DNA of 64,000 nucleotides, taken from contig JAVKHQ010000001.1 of the NCBI GenBank assembly GCA_031459875.1, positions 96,001 to 160,000 on the forward strand, in the 5' to 3' direction. The notes under the pieces were generated by a model. That model made no database searches and was not told where the DNA came from. It saw nothing but the letters and a program-made list of their open reading frames with translations. This document shows positions 55,933-64,000 of the stretch, piece by piece (within the stretch, counting starts at the first letter, position 1; the number at the start of each line of letters is the position of its first letter). The translations under genes were made by a program, and so were the position numbers. The stretch comes from Candidatus Fervidifonticultor sextus (GTDB taxonomy: Bacteria > Sysuimicrobiota > Sysuimicrobiia > Sysuimicrobiales > Humicultoraceae).

Positions 55933-56925
55933 TTACCCCACCGCGGCGGCGTCGGCTTCGGCCTGGATCACGAGGTCGCCGCCCAGCAGGCGGGCGCGAT
56001 CCCGGGCCGCCCGGACTGCCTGCATGAGTTCGCGGGCGGTGGCGCCGTGGTCCGGATGGGCTCCCACGCCCACCGACAGCGTCAATTCGCCCTTCCCCTC
56101 ATCACCCAGCACGCCGGCGGCCAGGCGGGCGTCGGCCACCTCGCCGCGCACGCGCTCCGCCACCACGAAGGCCGATGAGAGCGACGTCTCGGGCAACGCC
56201 AGGCTGAACTCCGTCTCGTCGGTCCGCGCCTTCACGTCCACGTCCCGGGTCAGCTCGCGCAGCAGCCCCGCGATGGACCGCAGCGCCTCCTCGGCGGCCT
56301 GCTGGCCGTAGCGGCCCCGGAACGCCTCGAAGCGGTCGATGTCGCAGACGATGAGCGCGAACGCCCGACGGTAGCGGGCCGCGCGCTTGACCTCCACGGT
56401 CAGGTGCTCGTCGAAGACCCGGGCCGTGAACATGTCGGTGAGGGCATCCTGGACCGCCTGGTCCACCAGCGCGCGCTGGAGCTGCTCGAGTTCCTGGGCC
56501 TGGACGGCGGCCCGCTCCTCGGCGAGGCGCTGGAACTGCGTCACGAACTCCACGACGGTGAAGTCGGTGGCCTCGGTGAGGCCGCGCAGGAGCGTCATCC
56601 GGTCTTCCGGATCCGTGGCGATCTCCCCGCACAACCCCTGCGCCAGGTCGCGGAAGGCCAGGAACCCCTGGACGACTTCGGCCGCGCCAAAGCCCATGCT
56701 CAGGCGCAGGGCGGCCTCGCGGTGGATGAACTCGCGCAGGCGACTGGGATCGTCGGTGTCCAGGTAGCCGATCAGTTCGGTGAGGTAGGAGCGGCCGAGC
56801 CGGCGCAGCTCCTCCAGGGGCCGGTAGACGAAGGCAGACGGCCGCATCCGGGAGAGGGCCGCGGCCCAACTCACCGCGATGCGGTCCTGCTCGCGGTCGA
56901 GCAGGCTGGCCAGTCGGCTCGTCAC
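55933..56925 (-). CDS. RsbRD_N-like sensor plus degenerate GGDEF domain protein
   Basis: DALT, CDIDRF, GGDEF position reads DETEF, RDVD I-site, LSVGV. Confidence 0.85.
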   Translation of the reverse strand: MTSRLASLLDREQDRIAVSWAAALSRMRPSAFVYRPLEELRRLGRSYLTELIGYLDTDDPSRLREFIHREAALRLSMGFGAAEVVQGFLAFRDLAQGLCGEIATDPEDRMTLLRGLTEATDFTVVEFVTQFQRLAEERAAVQAQELEQLQRALVDQAVQDALTDMFTARVFDEHLTVEVKRAARYRRAFALIVCDIDRFEAFRGRYGQQAAEEALRSIAGLLRELTRDVDVKARTDETEFSLALPETSLSSAFVVAERVRGEVADARLAAGVLGDEGKGELTLSVGVGAHPDHGATARELMQAVRAARDRARLLGGDLVIQAEADAAAVG

Positions 56926-56946
56926 CGGTACCGGGCCCCGACGGCC

Positions 56947-57594
56947 CTACGGGGGCGTCGGGGCTTCCCGCGGCAGCACGAAGGTGTTGGCGGCCAGCGT
57001 CACCCGCAGTCGCGGCAACTCGGCCGGAGCGATCGAGACCTGCGTCAGCACCAGGAACCGGGGGAAGTCCTCCAGCCGGCCCAGGAACGCCATCAGGTCG
57101 GCATAGGTGCCGTCGAAGGCCAGATCCAGCCGGAACAGCTGGTAGCGAGGCGGCGCCGCCGGCTGCCCCGGCCGCGCCGGGGCGGCCTGGGCTTCCCCGG
57201 GCGCTCCGGGGGCCGGTGCGGGCGTGCCCGCAGGGGCTGCGGACGGGCCGGGCTGGTTAGGGCCGGGCCGCAGCAGGGTCAGTTTGATCCCCAGCGAGGC
57301 GGCCACGTCCTGGAGCTGCCGGATCAACCGCGGGATCTCGCGCTCGGGCGGGAGCTTCAGCTCCACGAGCCGGATGCGCTCCGACAGCGCCTGGAACTCG
57401 CGCTCCTTCTGCTCGCGGGTCTGGGCCAGGGTCTTGAGGCGGTCCAGCTCTGTCTGCCGCGACTGGAGCGTCGCCGTCAACTGCTGCTCGCGCGCCGTCT
57501 GCGGCGTGTAGACGAACAGGTAGAAGAGGGTCACGATCGCGGCGGCGATGACCAGCGACACCATGATCCGTTCGCGGGGAGAGAGCCCTCTCAC
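56947..57594 (-). CDS. pilO: Type IV pilus assembly protein PilO
   Basis: LSPRER, KLP..EIP.LI, GTY..L..FL.RLE..PR. Confidence 0.88.
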   Translation of the reverse strand: MRGLSPRERIMVSLVIAAAIVTLFYLFVYTPQTAREQQLTATLQSRQTELDRLKTLAQTREQKEREFQALSERIRLVELKLPPEREIPRLIRQLQDVAASLGIKLTLLRPGPNQPGPSAAPAGTPAPAPGAPGEAQAAPARPGQPAAPPRYQLFRLDLAFDGTYADLMAFLGRLEDFPRFLVLTQVSIAPAELPRLRVTLAANTFVLPREAPTPP

Positions 57595-58151
57595 TGGCGT
57601 TCACCCCCTGCGGCCGACGGTCTGACGATGCGGGCCGTGATGGAGAACTTCACGACCTCCCTGGGGCCGACCCGGTCCAGCTGGACGACGGACAGGTCCA
57701 CCAGGCGAAACAGCTGCCCGGTACCCAGGTTGTCCATCAGTTCGGCCACGGCGTAGTAGTTCATGGCAAAGCCTTCCATGCTGAGCGACGACGCGTCGGG
57801 GACGCTCATCGAGGTCAGCCACACGGTCCTGGGGACCAGCAGCCGGATCTCGTTGAGGACCGCGGCTGCGGGCATCTGCTGCCGGACCAGTTCCAGGATC
57901 ACCTTTTCCTTCTCGCGGAGGACCGCGATCCGGCGGTCCAGATCGAGGACCCGCGCCACCGTCGGCTGGAGGTCGGCGATCTCTCTGTTGGTCTCGTCGA
58001 TCTGCTGCTGGAGTCGGGCGTTTCGGCCGGAGATGACCGCCGAGAGCACGACGACCGCCACCAGCGCCACCAGCGGCACCCCCACCTCGATGAACTGCCG
58101 ACCGGGGATGCGGCGCCGGGGAACGCGGGGGAGGAGGTTGATCCGAATCAA
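57591..58151 (-). CDS. pilN: Type IV pilus assembly protein PilN
   Basis: IRINLLP, P..VWLT motifs. Confidence 0.92.
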   Translation of the reverse strand: MIRINLLPRVPRRRIPGRQFIEVGVPLVALVAVVVLSAVISGRNARLQQQIDETNREIADLQPTVARVLDLDRRIAVLREKEKVILELVRQQMPAAAVLNEIRLLVPRTVWLTSMSVPDASSLSMEGFAMNYYAVAELMDNLGTGQLFRLVDLSVVQLDRVGPREVVKFSITARIVRPSAAGGERQ

Positions 58152-59233
58152 CTGACATCACCTCCACGCATGGCCAGGCCGACGGCCACCGCCATCGTCG
58201 AACCGGCGGCCAGGCGGTCGGCGGGGAAGGCCTGAGGGTTGACCCTGACGTTGACGAACGGGGAAGCGACGGTGGTGGCGATGCCCAGTTCGGCCGCGAT
58301 GGTCCGGTCCAGGTTCCGCAGGCGCGCCAGGCCGCCGGCCAGCAGGATCTGGTTGACCACGGCCGCCCGGGAGCGCGTCTGGTAGTAGTCCAGCGAGCGG
58401 CGGATCTCGGTGACCAGATCGCCGATGTGCGGCGCGATGATGTCGTGGATGCGCTCCGTGGTGTGGTCGGGCGAGGTGGCGCCTTCCTCCAGCACCTCCC
58501 CCTTCTCCTCCAGCAGGCTCTTGGCGGTGGCGAGGTCCACATCCATGGCCTCGTGAATGGCCCCCAGCAGCACCCCGCCCCCGATGGGGATGTTGCGGGT
58601 GAAGCGCAGGCGCGGGCCTTCCGTGATCAGGATGTCCGAGGCCTCCGCGCCCAGGTCCACGATGGCCGTGGTCTGCCCGTCGCCGGCAGCCGGGATCACC
58701 GACCGCAGCAGGGCAAAGGACTCCACGTCGAGGACCCGCAACTGCACCCGGGCCGCCTCGGCGACGGCGATGATCTGGTCCACCACGTCCTGCCGGGCGG
58801 CCACGACGATGACGTCCAGCATCCGGCGGCCGTCCTCGGTGGTCTCGCCGAGCACCTGGAAGTCCATGTAGACTTCCTTGATGTTGTAGGGCAGGTAGCG
58901 CTCGGCCTCGTAGCGGACGGCCGCGGCCAGTTCCTGCTTGGTCATCGGGGGGACCCGGATCTCCCGGACCGTCACCGCCTGGCCGCCGACCCCCATGACG
59001 GCGCGGTCCAGCTTGATGCCCGTCCGGTCCAGCAGGGCCCGGACGTGGCTGCCGAGTTCCTCAGGGGCCGTGGGGACGCCGTCCCGCATCGCCACCGGGG
59101 GGCTGGGGGCGACGCCCATGTGGACCAGGCGGAACCCGCTCCGGTAGGACCCCGCGAGTTCGACGGCCTTGATGGAGTCGCTGCCGATGTCGATCCCGAC
59201 CAGCGCCTGTGGTGCTGAAGAGAAAAGGCCCAT
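58148..59233 (-). CDS. pilM: Type IV pilus assembly protein PilM
   Basis: GIDIGS, VDLGA, EIRRSLDYY, AVGLAMR. Confidence 0.95.
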   Translation of the reverse strand: MGLFSSAPQALVGIDIGSDSIKAVELAGSYRSGFRLVHMGVAPSPPVAMRDGVPTAPEELGSHVRALLDRTGIKLDRAVMGVGGQAVTVREIRVPPMTKQELAAAVRYEAERYLPYNIKEVYMDFQVLGETTEDGRRMLDVIVVAARQDVVDQIIAVAEAARVQLRVLDVESFALLRSVIPAAGDGQTTAIVDLGAEASDILITEGPRLRFTRNIPIGGGVLLGAIHEAMDVDLATAKSLLEEKGEVLEEGATSPDHTTERIHDIIAPHIGDLVTEIRRSLDYYQTRSRAAVVNQILLAGGLARLRNLDRTIAAELGIATTVASPFVNVRVNPQAFPADRLAAGSTMAVAVGLAMRGGDVS

Positions 59234-59311
59234 CGCGTTCCTCGACCTCCTCCGACGTGCACGCGGTCGACGCAACGGGACCCGGCATATCCCGTTTGAG
59301 GTTACGCTCTT

Positions 59312-59328
59312 CGCATCCGGGACGCCAA
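59312..59328 (-). promoter_or_regulatory. Possible sigma54 (-24/-12) promoter upstream of pilM
   Basis: Minus strand TTGGCGTCCCGGATGCG has GG-N10-GC spacing, imperfect consensus. Confidence 0.3.
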
Positions 59329-59347
59329 AACCCTGCCGTCCCGGCCC

Positions 59348-59878
59348 TCAGGGCAGGATGCGCACCCGCCCGGTGACTTCAACCTCCACCTGCCTCCACT
59401 GCCCGCTTGGCGTCTGCAGCGTCGCGCGGCCTGCGTTGGGGTTCCCGGTCGGACTGAACACCAGGGTGTCCTGGGCAAACGTGGTGGTGGTGATCTCCAC
59501 TCCCCGCGGCATCCGGCGCGAGACCGTGTCGGCGGGGTCGTCCTTGATGACGGCCGTCTGCCAGGCTGCGGCGTCGGTGCACTGGTTCCCGCCGCCGGCC
59601 GGCGCCCGGGTGACGGCCCCCACGTACTTGTCGATCGTGTAGGTCTCGGCCGCCGGGTCGAAGACGATCCGATAGCAGGTCCGCTCGGCCCGCGAGCGCT
59701 GCTCCAGCATCCGGACGTCGCTGGCCAGGTTGCGGGCGGCCCCCACAAGCCGCCGGTTGGCCAGCAACCCCTGCCCGTTGAAGGCCAGGGCCAGCAGCAG
59801 GCCGCCGATGGACAGCACCACGACCAGTTCCACCAGCGAGAGGCCGCCCTCGCCCGATGCCCGGATGCGACCGATCAC
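59348..59878 (-). CDS. Minor pilin, FimT/GspH-like
   Basis: G|LSLVE prepilin motif; VFSPTG, TGRVRI C-terminus. Confidence 0.85.
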   Translation of the reverse strand: MIGRIRASGEGGLSLVELVVVLSIGGLLLALAFNGQGLLANRRLVGAARNLASDVRMLEQRSRAERTCYRIVFDPAAETYTIDKYVGAVTRAPAGGGNQCTDAAAWQTAVIKDDPADTVSRRMPRGVEITTTTFAQDTLVFSPTGNPNAGRATLQTPSGQWRQVEVEVTGRVRILP

Positions 59879-61992
59879 AGCCCGACCATCTCCTCCCACT
59901 GGGGTCGATCGTAGAGGGCGTCGCCGCTACTGAACAACGGCGACGTCAGGTTCCGCACCGCCGTGTAGATCTCGGTCAGCGGGAAGAACGGCGGCGCTAT
60001 ATTGGACCGCAGCCGCCAGTCGTAGGTCATCTCGCGAGCGTACCCCGTCTGGTGAGTCCGGGTGGTGGGGTCGAAGCCCCCAAAGGGGCCGAACCGACCC
60101 TGGACCGTCCCGCCCAGGTGCTTCACCGGACCGCGGGGCGGGGTTAAGGTGTCCCACCCCCTGACCCAGAACTGCCCGGTCGGCGAGAGGACCGCTGCAT
60201 CGATGTAGAGGGTATCGGGGGTGAACCGTCCGTCAATGGTGACGTAGCCGGGGTAGTAGTCGGTGGACGGGTCGGGCGCCGCCCCGGCCGAGTTCACGGC
60301 ATAGAGCCCCAGCACGTTGGTCGGGTTGTGCCCGGGTCCGGCCGGCGGCGCCTCGTAGACCAGGTGGTCGGTGATCCGGATCTCGCCCTCGGCGGCGATC
60401 GTCAGGCGCGTGCTCTGGTTCACCATCCCGTACAGACCGCACGAGGCGCAGGTGGTGGCGCCGGGCGGGGCCGACCTGACGGATCCCCGGACGTACACGA
60501 TGCCGTTGAAGATGCCCGGCCCGTAGCTGCGCGTGAACTGCCACCCGGCGCAGTCCCCGTTCCCCGGGTCTGAGCCGGTGACGTTCCAGCAGGTGGTCAC
60601 GGCCCTGCTGGCCGGATCGATGATGATCTTCATGTTCCGCCGCTGGGGGTTGGGGTCGGTGGGCACCGTGACCTTGATCACCTGCCTGCCGTTCTCGCTG
60701 GAGAGCCGCATCTGGGTCACGTCGCCCTTGATGTACACACCGCCGCAGGCGGGCGTGCCGCACTGGTCCATGATGTAGATGCCGTCGGGGATGGAGGTCA
60801 GTCCGTCGGCCAGATCCGTGGTCCGGTCGGCCACCTCGGTATCGGTGGCGTTGGGGCCCGAGGCTGAGAGGCCGATAGACGTCCGCGAGGGATTCGCGTT
60901 GGTCGGCAGCGGGATACTGGATACGCCGCCCGTCACGGTGCTGGCGAAATAGGGGTCATCGCAGCCCGGGTTCTCCAGCACGGTGTTCCAGTTCGAGGTG
61001 GGGATCGGGATGGTGTTGAAGTTCCCGCAGTTATAGAACTGGATGGCGGGGTCGACCTGCGTGACGACGTCGTTGAGCACCGGGTTCCCGGCGATGCGGA
61101 TCCGGTTGTTGGCGTGGACGGGCCCGCTGATCGTCGTGCCGGTGAAGAGCCAGACGCTGCCCACGTCCAGCAGCATCAGGGCCCACTGGGAGTAGGACGC
61201 CTTCTCGATCAGGATGGGCCAGCCGGGGTAGGAGCCGCTGGTGAGCGCGTGGCTCCCGGACCAGGTGGTCCAGGTGTCGTAGGGCCAGGTCCAGTCCCAG
61301 TCCGGGCACCGGGCGGCAAACGGGCTGCGCAGGCAGACGGTGCGGGTGGCGTTGCGCGTCCGGCCGACTGCGGTGACGGCGTAGTCGTACCACATGACCT
61401 CTTGCTCGGGGATGTTCGCTCCGTACTGGCAGGTGGACGCACGCCCCGACCAGCGCACGTGGACGATCGCGTAGTATTCCCCGATGCCCCCCCACCGGGG
61501 ATCGGTCGGGCTCGGATCGGTCATCTGAATCCACCGAATGGTGGTCGGGTTGGCGGGGTCGGGCCCGCCGATCAGCAGGGTGGCCGTGTACCGCTGGCCT
61601 GCGACCGCCGGGGCGGTCAGCACCCAGTCGCTGGCCCCCAGCGAGGCTGGCCACGCGTAGTTCGTCAGGATTTCCACCGGCTCGCGCTGGCGGCCCAGCC
61701 CGGCATCGAAAGCCATCTGGCACATGTTGCGGACGTCGGCCTCGTTCACGGAGGGCTGCCGGATCTGCTGGTCGAGGTCCACCGAAAGGCGCCGGCGCAG
61801 TTCGGCCAGGGCCCGGTAGGCGCCCGCCTCGGCCACGGCCAGCGCCTGCTGCCCGCGCAACTGGTCGGCCGACAGCGTGGTCTCGCCCATCGTGGCGATG
61901 CCCAGGGCGGCCACCATGACCGTGAGGATGAAGATCGCGAGGATGACCGCAACAAGCGCGACCCCCCGCTCGGCCTTTGCGATGCGATGCAT
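59875..61992 (-). CDS. Large PilX/ComZ-like (DUF4900-like) minor pilin
   Basis: ERG|VALV (no Glu5), ALAVAEAG, GPVHAN, GG.VQ..FGPFG, YDWRL...PPFFP. Confidence 0.8.
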   Translation of the reverse strand: MHRIAKAERGVALVAVILAIFILTVMVAALGIATMGETTLSADQLRGQQALAVAEAGAYRALAELRRRLSVDLDQQIRQPSVNEADVRNMCQMAFDAGLGRQREPVEILTNYAWPASLGASDWVLTAPAVAGQRYTATLLIGGPDPANPTTIRWIQMTDPSPTDPRWGGIGEYYAIVHVRWSGRASTCQYGANIPEQEVMWYDYAVTAVGRTRNATRTVCLRSPFAARCPDWDWTWPYDTWTTWSGSHALTSGSYPGWPILIEKASYSQWALMLLDVGSVWLFTGTTISGPVHANNRIRIAGNPVLNDVVTQVDPAIQFYNCGNFNTIPIPTSNWNTVLENPGCDDPYFASTVTGGVSSIPLPTNANPSRTSIGLSASGPNATDTEVADRTTDLADGLTSIPDGIYIMDQCGTPACGGVYIKGDVTQMRLSSENGRQVIKVTVPTDPNPQRRNMKIIIDPASRAVTTCWNVTGSDPGNGDCAGWQFTRSYGPGIFNGIVYVRGSVRSAPPGATTCASCGLYGMVNQSTRLTIAAEGEIRITDHLVYEAPPAGPGHNPTNVLGLYAVNSAGAAPDPSTDYYPGYVTIDGRFTPDTLYIDAAVLSPTGQFWVRGWDTLTPPRGPVKHLGGTVQGRFGPFGGFDPTTRTHQTGYAREMTYDWRLRSNIAPPFFPLTEIYTAVRNLTSPLFSSGDALYDRPQWEEMVGL

Positions 61993-62039
61993 GTCGCTCA
62001 CCTCACCATCCTCGGTCCTTCACGCATGACGGTCCTCAC

Positions 62040-63170
62040 CTAGAACGGCTCCGGCGTCGGCGTCCGCGTCCGCGTCGGCGTCGGCGTCCGCGTCGGCGTC
62101 GGCGTGACCGTGGGGGTCCGCGTCGGGGTCGGGGTCACCGTTGGCCCCCCGGGCGTCGGGGTCCGGGTTGGGGTCCGCGTCGGGGTCCGGGTCGGGGTCC
62201 CCGTCGGGGTCCGCGTCGGAGTCCGTGTCGCCGTGGCGGTCGCCGTGCCGGCTGGCGTCGGCGTGGCCGTCCGCGTCGGGGTGGGGCCGGTCGAAGTCGC
62301 CGTGGGCGTGCCGGTGGCCGTGACCGTCGGCGTCGGGGTCCGGGTCGCGGTCCGCGTCGCGGTCGGCGTGGCCGTCCGCGTGGGCGTGGGCGTCTCGGTC
62401 TGGAACTGGCGGGTCGAGGTCGCCCGCGGGGGCGAGGTCGGCGTCGGGCTGGGCCCTACCGGGGTGGAGGCGCTGCCGACGTTGCGCAGGAAGACGTCGC
62501 TGCCCAGCGTCCGCGACTGCGTACCGCGCGGGCCGCTCTTCGTCACGGTGATCTCCATCCTGACCCGCACCACGTTGGCAGCCGCCACCGCCGTGTAGGG
62601 TGGCGTGCACGTGGGAGGCGTGGCGCCGTCGCAGTAATTGAACACCAGGCCGCTGCCGCCGGTGTCGATGTAGTCCGCGAGCCGATCTACGCCGGAAGGC
62701 TGGCAGTTCCCGATCCCGTAGTTCGGGTCGGCGGGGTCGGGTTTGACCTGGCGGATCAGGGTGGATCCCGTTAGGTCGTAGCGGACCATGTAGGAGCAGT
62801 CGGGGATGATCGGGTTGCTCCGGGGGATCTCCAGGTAGATCCGGTCCCGGCACACTGTCGCCCGACCGGGGCAGGGCGGCCCGCCCCCGGCAGGCGACCG
62901 GCCGTTGAACGTGCCCGGGTCGGTGACCCGGATGGCCCACCGCGCCTCCTCGGCGAACCGGTCGAGGGCCAGGCGCGCATTCTGCTGCACGTCGAGGAAG
63001 TCTTCGCTGATGCCGAACGACCGCACCGCATTGCTCACCAGCCCGTACAGCGCCACCAGGGCGATGACCAGGATCCCCAGCGCGACCGCGATCTCCAGCA
63101 GCGACAGCCCCTGTGGGTCCGCCCCCAGGAGGCGTCGCGCGAGCCACAGCATCCGCGGCCGCAGGCGCAT
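62040..63170 (-). CDS. Minor pilin, PilW-like, with long Thr/Pro-rich C-terminal tail
   Basis: [21 protein letters not shown] followed by a TPT repeat tract. Confidence 0.85.
   Translation of the reverse strand: MRLRPRMLWLARRLLGADPQGLSLLEIAVALGILVIALVALYGLVSNAVRSFGISEDFLDVQQNARLALDRFAEEARWAIRVTDPGTFNGRSPAGGGPPCPGRATVCRDRIYLEIPRSNPIIPDCSYMVRYDLTGSTLIRQVKPDPADPNYGIGNCQPSGVDRLADYIDTGGSGLVFNYCDGATPPTCTPPYTAVAAANVVRVRMEITVTKSGPRGTQSRTLGSDVFLRNVGSASTPVGPSPTPTSPPRATSTRQFQTETPTPTRTATPTATRTATRTPTPTVTATGTPTATSTGPTPTRTATPTPAGTATATATRTPTRTPTGTPTRTPTRTPTRTPTPGGPTVTPTPTRTPTVTPTPTRTPTPTRTRTPTPEPF
62048..62460 (-). repeat. Low-complexity tandem repeats encoding Thr-Pro/Thr-Arg/Thr-Ala
   Basis: Degenerate 6-bp units (CGGCGT, CCGCGT, CGGGGT) in tandem. 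Confidence 0.85.
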
Positions 63171-63179
63171 CCCGCCCCC

Positions 63180-63680
63180 CTAGGGCCGCCGGTACATCTC
63201 CCGGATCAGCGCCGAACTCACCTGTGCCAGCTGCTGCCCGCGGAAGGAGACCCGCACCGTCACCCACTTGATCGTGTCGGAATGATCGGGGCCCGGCGAA
63301 CAGCCGGCCGGAGGGTTGGCGGTGAGCCAGCACGGGTAGACGATCTCCTGCGGAAGACTGGGGTTGCTCAGGTCCACCTGATTGACGATGACCTGGTACT
63401 CGTAGTTGCCAAACGGCGGCCCGAAGGCCGTGGGCCCCTGGTTGGCCACCGCGTCGAACTCTGCGATCCACCTCGCCGACGTCGTCTGGGACTCCGGACC
63501 CGCCCGCACCTGCTCCAGCACCCGGACCGCCAGCGAACTGGCGACCGTCACGTTCCCGCCCTGGTTGGTGACCTGGAGCAGGATCAGGAAGGCGCGGGTC
63601 ACCAGCAGGATGGACATGGCCAGGACCGTCAGGGCCACGATCACCTCGACGAGGGTGAACCCACGCTGACGACGGAACAT
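63180..63680 (-). CDS. Minor pilin, PilV-like
   Basis: RQRG|FTLVE prepilin motif; GGGAGG RBS before ATG 63680. Confidence 0.88.
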   Translation of the reverse strand: MFRRQRGFTLVEVIVALTVLAMSILLVTRAFLILLQVTNQGGNVTVASSLAVRVLEQVRAGPESQTTSARWIAEFDAVANQGPTAFGPPFGNYEYQVIVNQVDLSNPSLPQEIVYPCWLTANPPAGCSPGPDHSDTIKWVTVRVSFRGQQLAQVSSALIREMYRRP

Positions 63681-63768
63681 AGCCCTCCCCACGCTGCAGC
63701 CGGGCCGGAGGCGGTGTCTCGGTTGTCCAGTGTCCTTATATAGGAAAGTGCCCAAGGTGGGGGTCATG

Positions 63769-64000
63769 TTAGACGCCCTTCACCGGCCGGCCCGCATCCT
63801 CAGCCCGCACGCAGATCAGCAGGATCGCCTGGGAGCAAACCCAGAACAGCGGGCTGACGACGTGGACGAAGTACCCCGGCAGCGGCGCCCGCAGGATCCC
63901 CTTATAGACGATCGGCACAAGCCCGGCGTCCTGCAACCGGCGCAGCCACTGGCGCCGGCCCAGCCGGTGGACGTGGGTGGGGTCGCGGTCGATCAGCCCG
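63769..64000 (-). CDS. C-terminal part of a probable class I SAM methyltransferase (runs off window end)
   Basis: Manual translation ...DRDPTHVHRLGRRQWLRRLQDAGL...; DPTH and W..L..AG pattern. Confidence 0.5.
   Translation of the reverse strand, partial: GLIDRDPTHVHRLGRRQWLRRLQDAGLVPIVYKGILRAPLPGYFVHVVSPLFWVCSQAILLICVRAEDAGRPVKGV

Noticed and set aside
62048..62460. Tandem repeats as CRISPR or DGR repeats
   Set aside because: In-frame low-complexity codons with no spacers; no reverse transcriptase in the window
63700..63770. c-di-GMP-II riboswitch-like words (TGGGCAC...CAACCG) upstream of the pilV-like gene
   Set aside because: Lacks the GTGC pseudoknot partner, the GAG..AGT segment and the 5' GGAA..TGA segment

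Overview
High-GC bacterial chromosome segment, almost entirely minus-strand housekeeping genes, with no rRNA, tRNA or CRISPR array seen. It holds secDF, the fab/rnc/rpmF cluster, coaD-rsmD-recG/rpmB, an acyl-CoA degradation block (acyl-CoA dehydrogenase, ETF, Fe-S oxidoreductase, split B12 acyl-CoA mutase), nucleoside salvage genes (xerD-deoB-punA-pdp), the efp-nusB-ispA-tlyA-nadK-recN-pyrG run and a type IV pilus/competence locus. A PilQ secretin together with a Gram-positive-type LexA box and gene order suggests a diderm Terrabacteria lineage such as Armatimonadota-like (inference). The standout is an archaeal-type three-gene cassette (inactive RadA-like, small helical partner, PolB2-type DNA polymerase). 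Its consensus TTGACA-16-TATAAT promoter has a LexA box filling the spacer, so it is a candidate SOS-inducible B-family mutasome, flanked by ung and a DUF72 gene. Other notable items: a 347-bp IS remnant with a 14-bp target duplication at the -35 box of the yceD-rpmF promoter, a degenerate GGDEF (likely c-di-GMP receptor) inside the pil operon, a ComZ-like pilin, a FabG with altered catalytic residues, and an isobutyryl-CoA-mutase-type enzyme. Starts were adjusted by eye from RBS and stop/start overlaps; family calls come from motif recognition only, with no database searches.
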